Part shown: positions 57,570 to 64,000 of the stretch, in pieces
Position numbering within the stretch: the first letter of the stretch is position 1
Layout: each line of letters opens with the position of its first letter
Assembly (NCBI GenBank): GCA_977030845.1
Contig: OZ365118.1
Coordinates: 16,926,001-16,990,000 of the forward strand
DNA from: Fimbriosthenelais zetlandica
Lineage: Eukaryota
DNA: 64,000 bases
Reading direction: 5' to 3'
Program-made: the position numbers and the translations under genes
Notes under the pieces: model-generated
Told to the model about the DNA's origin: nothing
The model's database searches: none
Seen by the model: only the letters and a program-made list of their open reading frames with translations

Positions 57570-60500
57570 ATTGTCAAGTTTAAATGAAGAAAACGGTATT
57601 AAGATGTGATACCCTTGAATACAACGACCATATTTACTTTGTGTGCCTTTTTTTTCTGTGCTCACTCTTGATGCAACAAATTGGATGCAGCAGTGTATTG
57701 GACTCATGTTTCAACACACCTGAGGCCTTATGTTTGAGCTAGCCTCCGTCTCTCTGTCCCCTTCTATCCCCATTGAAGACACTGCTTTATAAAAACCATC
57801 ACATTTAAAAAGAAAGGAACAAATAAAATGAGATTAAAATTTAACAGCATAGTAAATTGTAAGGAATTCTTTGCCGATGAATATTTTCACCGATTTCCTC
57901 TTACGAAATCGGATTTTATATTGTTGTCTTATTTTGCCTCCTGAAGATTACCTTGGAGGAAAATCCCTGACATATTCTAGCCTCACTTAACGTGGTCAGT
58001 GCTGGGAATCCTATGTTTGTAAACTAGGCTAAGAAATTGACTCTATGGCTGAGCACACCCTGCAGTCCAGGGACAATTTCCATGCTGAATGTTTTGCATC
58101 TGTTTTGCAATAGGCCAAGGGATGCCCACACAAAGGAAAGTCTTGATTAGGGCTTTTTTATGCAGGCAAATGATGGCTTTTCAATGGTGAGGCATGATTG
58201 GTTTGCTATTTGGTGGGATAAGCCTTATTTTCCCCCTGCTGAGCACTGACAAGGGTTAGGACAGGATCTCTAGTGTGGCGCATACACCCGCCAATCAACT
58301 GATTGCGTATTTAGAACCATATGCGACATGCCATTAATGGCTTTTTTCATGCCTAACCCATTCCAACCCTTGAACATAAACCAAGCCATAAGAAGGCAAA
58401 TCTCCAGTCAAGCAATGCCAAGAATAAAAATAACACATTTTTGATCTGATGGGTGAGTTTTTCTTTTCCTCCCCTCATCAAAAAGCTCTTCATCTGTTTT
58501 AATTTTATCTTGCTTTTTTCCTTAATGATTTTTAACACGGATTTGAGATTGCATGGGGAATCGAGGTATTGTCACGAGGGAGAAGCGACTGAGAAATGGA
58601 GTAATTGTAAAATGAGATAAGGATGAAAAGCCTCCCAGCCACTGTCAGAAAATAAAGCCACTGGGATCACATTTTACACTGATAGTCAAGGTTTCTTTCT
58701 CCAAAACATTTTCAATAATATTATTTCTACGCCCCCAAATCCCGCTCCAGGATCTGTTGATTTGAATGGAATCTGTATCCTACAGATTGGCTGTTTTACA
58801 TGGATTTCCTTTTGCCCAGGAACTCCCAAAACCTGTTCATATGTACCTGTGCATCATCACGAATGTGTTTTTTTTCTTTTCCATTTTTGAATGAAGATGT
58901 TCCATAATTATAACTTGCTAGGATGCCTAGATTTAATTAGGCCTACAGATAGACAATAAACATCTGGCTGTTTGTGGCAGTGCATGCAGTCACCCCCATC
59001 TTATGTTTCCAACATCCCAACTGACATGAAAAGCCTCATATTGCATGACACTATTTGTAAGAACACATATTCATCACAAACTCCAACCTTGAAAATATAA
59101 TTTCCCTTCAAACAACCTCACTTCCTTAAGTCGTTTGCTGTGCGAGGCAATATTTGTGAAGATCTTTTCCTTTCGTCTTGGCATTCAATCACCAGAGCAA
59201 GTAAGCCCCAACTGACTGGGAGATGGGAATGAAGGCAGTTAGTCCTGGAAGGGGATTGAAAAGAAGAGAAAAAACACCACTCGACCTCTACATTTGCTTG
59301 CCATGCACGCCAACATTTTACCATCCGATCCTCACACGAAAGTCAACAGTCCTCCTCTTAGAGGGAGTGGATTGTAAATGAAAATGTACGGTGATGGATA
59401 TTTTCCGCAGGGCTTGTCATTTTATGACTTGCCTTAACCCTCCCTCTCAAGTGCCAAGAATCAGCATTTTAACAACCAAAGTCCTTTTTATGTTGAAAGT
59501 CTCAATGAATGACTCTGAACTACCTTTACATTATCCAGATTCTGAATAACAAGTTCATAAATACTAACTCATATGGCGGCTTGGGTTGATTTCAGCGTCC
59601 TACATTGGGACTTCTAGGACAATTCATGTCTTTTATTGAGACGCTGTTGTATTAATTACAGGCTCAATGTCCAATCTCAATCTCTACCTTTGTTCTGGCA
59701 GTCATCAAATGTCATTTCCATTGAAATATAATCGGACCGTGTCTTTATCTAGAAGAACATAACAAAATTAATATTGCCCTTTCAGGATATATTGATTAAA
59801 GAATGGTTTGGGAATGAGAGACCACCTATACGTGATAGCCATAAACTTTACCATAATCTGAAAGTATCGGATGAAGCGTTGGTAAAAACAATGTTCTTAT
59901 GGCAGCATCAAAGCTATGTTTGAGCTATGATCATAAACCTCCCTTGTATAGCTCGATCCCTGATGTGTACATGGGAGGATTATGTATACAGCCTTCTGCC
60001 TTGACCTATCAAGTGGGGAGAGTATGGGTAATTGAGTGGGCGGTGAAAAAAGATACAGGAAAAAGAAGCTTCCTGATAGTAGCGCATGTCTATAGCTTAT
60101 GGCGCAGGTGTAGCATCCCTCATGGTGATTCCAGCTCTGGTATCTTGAGGTCCTGATGGGCAGTCTTGATTTTGAGGTGAATTCATTTGACATAAGTTGA
60201 TTATTCAAGGTGTTTATTAAGCAATGCCCTCAGATTCAGCCAGCAACAGTTGTGGTTGGGAGACCTTACTGATGTATTGTGATAGGATCAGATGGCTGTC
60301 CCAACCAGCCATATGATGCCTGATAGGGATGACCGAAGACCTGGCTGGGAAAATGACTCTCCAGCTCGCCCCGATTAGACAATATATAGATTCATCATTG
60401 GCTAATGTAGCACATCTTTATCATGGAAGAGACCCTAGATAAAGGGGGCAATGAAAGGGAAGCTGACTGCCTATCGATTGGCCAGGCTATATAGCATATC

Positions 60501-62630
60501 AGACTTGGAGGAGCTTGGTGGTAGTGGATCGGCCGTATCGGCAATCTATGGTAAGATGGATGCTCGCCAATGGCTCTCAAATTTACACAGTTAAGAACAT
60601 CGTTCAAAGCACATATGGCTGGCAGGCAGAACAAGTTCCTACTCTCCCGAGGCGCCCTACACATGCTCAAGGGAAGCAGGCGCCAAAGGGTCAGACTTAG
60701 ATGTATTAATCCCCTGGGATGAATACAGATGTCAGTTGTAGTTGATAGCATTGAGAATGTGTTGGATATCAAGGGGTATCCTAGATAAAGCGGGTGGGCA
60801 GAAAGGTGGCAAGATCCACCCTCCTGGTGTTCTTCGCTCAATAAGTTGTAATGAGCTGTGAAGGCAGAATGATGTATCTATAAGGAATTTACTCATTGAT
60901 TCAGGAAAGATAACACCTCCAGCTAAGATTGTTTTCAAGCAGATAAAGTGAGAATGATTCAGGAAAGATACCACTATGAGCTAATTCCTGATGGATTGTT
61001 TTCATGGCTATAGGGGGATAAATAGCCCATCTACTGACCTCTGATCAGTGAGGACATGGGGCGAGCTCACCTATTAGCACTGTGGTCATGACTTGTGAGT
61101 CAGAGACCTTGAGAAAGGTCAGCAGTAAAGTTGCCATTTATATTCTATTGAATCAAGGCAGGTTAAATCGGATTTATAACGACCTTTATGACCATAGGCA
61201 TATCGACCGACTGGCGGAAAGAAAGAAAACATTGCTCCATGTGGACTGAGGGGCTGGTCTTCCATCCCCCCGCCTCTCTACAACTCTCCCCATCTCTCTC
61301 TATGCTCCAGGGTCAGCTTTTCTCCAGGGTGAAGACCCAATCAATACCTAGCGTCCACCCTGGAGGGGCGAGAAAAAACTTGCAGGGAAATAATGGAATG
61401 GACAGGAACAGGTTTGGTATGCAGGAGTAGGGACTGAGTAACCTTATATTCAATCTTAATCACACATTCATAGGATTTCACAGGTTCCGGGGTCACAGTG
61501 CACCATAGGAATTATGGCATTTAAATGAGGAAAAATCTGCTTTCCGTACGTGTCTATCAAATGAAGTGGGATTGATATTTTGATGGATTGGACCTAGTGT
61601 GAGTAGGCCTGTTATTCGTCCTATTTATCAGGACCGGATGGTGGATCGATACGGGGACTAGCGGATGTTGGTGCTTCCCCCTGGCAGATGTAACGATGGA
61701 AACAAACTGACACACTAGAGGCGGATTTCACCGAGTATACAAACACTTACCACTGTAATTCGCATCCGAGTATGGTCGGCGATTTTCGGAAGCTTTGATC
61801 AGTTTTGGAGTGGCTTCAATCCTGTGTTTAAACTGGTTTAAATGAGGTCAATTGAAGGTATTTCTCTAAGGAATTGAGGCTAGTCCCAGAGCTGGTCTGT
61901 TTCACTGAGAAAAGCCAACATCTGGTGAAAAAGACCACACATCCTGCATTGCGTCTAGACCTCTCCCATGGGTACAGTCAATTGTTCCACTGAAGTCAGT
62001 CCAGCATCAGTTACCCCAGCTACATTGAACAGCGGCCCCAAATTCTATCAATATCACAAATCCAATTGCGTACTTTGTTAAAAGGACAGCAATAAAAGCC
62101 TGACCTATTTCAGAGAATTCTGACCCCATGAAAAACATTGGGTGTCATCAGATGATGTTTGGGGCCCGTGATGGGGGGTGAATTTATGACCTTGGAGGGC
62201 AAATGTCATTTGTATTACTTGGCTAGATGGAGAAACTATGTAGATCTAGAAAATAAATTCCCAGTGAGTTTCAAAGTGGAGCATTGGAGGCCATCAAAGT
62301 TTATTAGGAGATGGGAGGAGGAGACAGGTTTAAATTGGATGAGATGGCGGGATGGAGGGAATACCAATGATTCTCAGACGATAGATTCTTTAACATTCAC
62401 CTCTCTCTCTTGATTACAACGTAAAGTGACAGTTTTTCTTGCCATCCCAATTCTGCGCTTCGTCTTAATGACATTGCTGTATTAACGTGCAGGGCATCAG
62501 TTGCTATAACCATCTGATCGTCGCATTTTATGAGAATTCTCGCACTAATAAGTACTTTTAAACAGTGTTTGCAGATGACATTTTATAGCACAAGTCAAAA
62601 CTTTAGTAGATTCATCGTATTAAAAGTGCA

Positions 62631-62669
62631 AGAGAACATGAGAGAACATGCAAGAACATGAGAGAACAA
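62631..62669. repeat. About 10-bp tandem repeat x4 (AGAGAACATG)
   Basis: Read directly. Confidence 0.75.
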
Positions 62670-64000
62670 TGGGTTATTTCGGGAATTCAATGAAAAAAGT
62701 AGGAGGATATTGATATCCATACTGTTTTTAAGTAGCCTAAATCCATGCACTGCTGCCATTTATATGATCAGTGTATATGTGAATGCAGCTGTTTAGGGTG
62801 GCCAGGCTCTGTTGGTGTATATATGCTCCTCCTTTTGGACACACATGTCACTTTCCCAGGCACTTATTTAGGCCCTACCCTGTGAGCCCTTTTCCTGGCG
62901 CTCTGAGACTGTTTCCCGAATCCCTCGGATAACAACTGACTCGGCTGCCTTCCTACATATCTGCATATCTCTATTTACCTCCTCTTCACCTCGCCTAACA
63001 GCGGCCCTCTGCTTTATAATAGCTAAAAATAGCAGTTGGGAGGAAGGTTCCTAACAATAGCAACTCTGATTGACTGTCAACCACATAGATACAGGAGCAC
63101 CGGTCTGTTCTTGGTGCGGGATGAAGGTTACAGATGGACGGCAGGAAACATGTCTGAAAAGAGTGTGTTCCTCATTTCCGATCTGGCTGTGAATGATCAA
63201 AGTATGGCTGATCTATATACAGACTGTGTGACACCCATGTGCCACAATGGCCCTATTCCCTGGGAACATCAAGGACCTGGTTCAACCACTGGGACCAGCA
63301 TTGATTTCTCTATAATGTGAACAGTCCACGGTGTCTGGCATTAAATCAGTGTAATGAAGTTTGCTAGGAGGTCATTGGTGTCTCAGACGGGAAACGTATA
63401 GTCCCAGGTCAGGACTCCCCCACGGTCTTTGTATCTAGGTGTTGGGAGCTTTTAGCCTTCCGAGTGAAAAACCAATCTGGTTCTCACAGAAAGTGAGTAT
63501 AAATGTGCTTTTGGGAGGATAATATCAACCAATATTGGTGTTGGCTATGTCCGGGTCTGTGCCAAAAAACTGGCTGGAATGAGCCATAAGTCAGTGAATT
63601 CAATTCATATCTGAAATCCCGTACTGTCATATAGGAGCCACTCTTCTTGCAGTATGGGACCACCCGATTGAAAAATGACTACTGTATGTCATTTACAAGC
63701 AGTACTGGAGTATAGAAATAGCTTGTTACACTCCTTATACATAGGTTTCTGAGGAGTGCATCTGCGGCATGGTCTTTACAAAGGCAACACCTAGTTTCCA
63801 TTTGGCAATCGTCCTGAAATCAATTCAGTTTTAGACCCAATCAGAAACCCGAGAGATAAGAAGAAAGGCATTCAAGGGGAAAGGATTGTGCCGGCTTGGC
63901 GAGGACAATAAAAGTGGTTTGGGTGTGGGATGTTGGTTAATCGCATAATTAGGACCCGTGCTCGCTAGCTGAGCTGCTCCCTAATACTCTAACAAGCTCT

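Overview
AT-rich animal (probably invertebrate) genomic DNA with two well-supported objects. (1) The 5' half of a spliced, minus-strand non-NMDA ionotropic glutamate receptor gene. Nine coding exons (40424 down to 1643) join in frame to 410 aa: signal peptide, LIVBP-like amino-terminal domain and the entry into S1. The gene continues beyond the left edge of the window. (2) A full-length L1/Tx1-group LINE (15691-22152, minus strand) in the third intron of the coding region, in the same orientation as the host gene. It has a perfect 15-bp target-site duplication, a poly(A) tail and two intact ORFs. The standout observation is ORF1p: after the normal coiled-coil, RRM and CTD module it carries an in-frame C-terminal NADAR (YbiA/DUF1768-like) domain. 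This family includes N-glycosidases that remove ADP-ribose from guanine, so the element may carry its own counter-defence enzyme. The rest of the window is intronic or upstream DNA with minisatellites, purine/pyrimidine tracts, two promoter-like motif clusters and weak traces of decayed elements. I found no rRNA, tRNA or CRISPR array. All family assignments are by motif recognition only; no searches were run.
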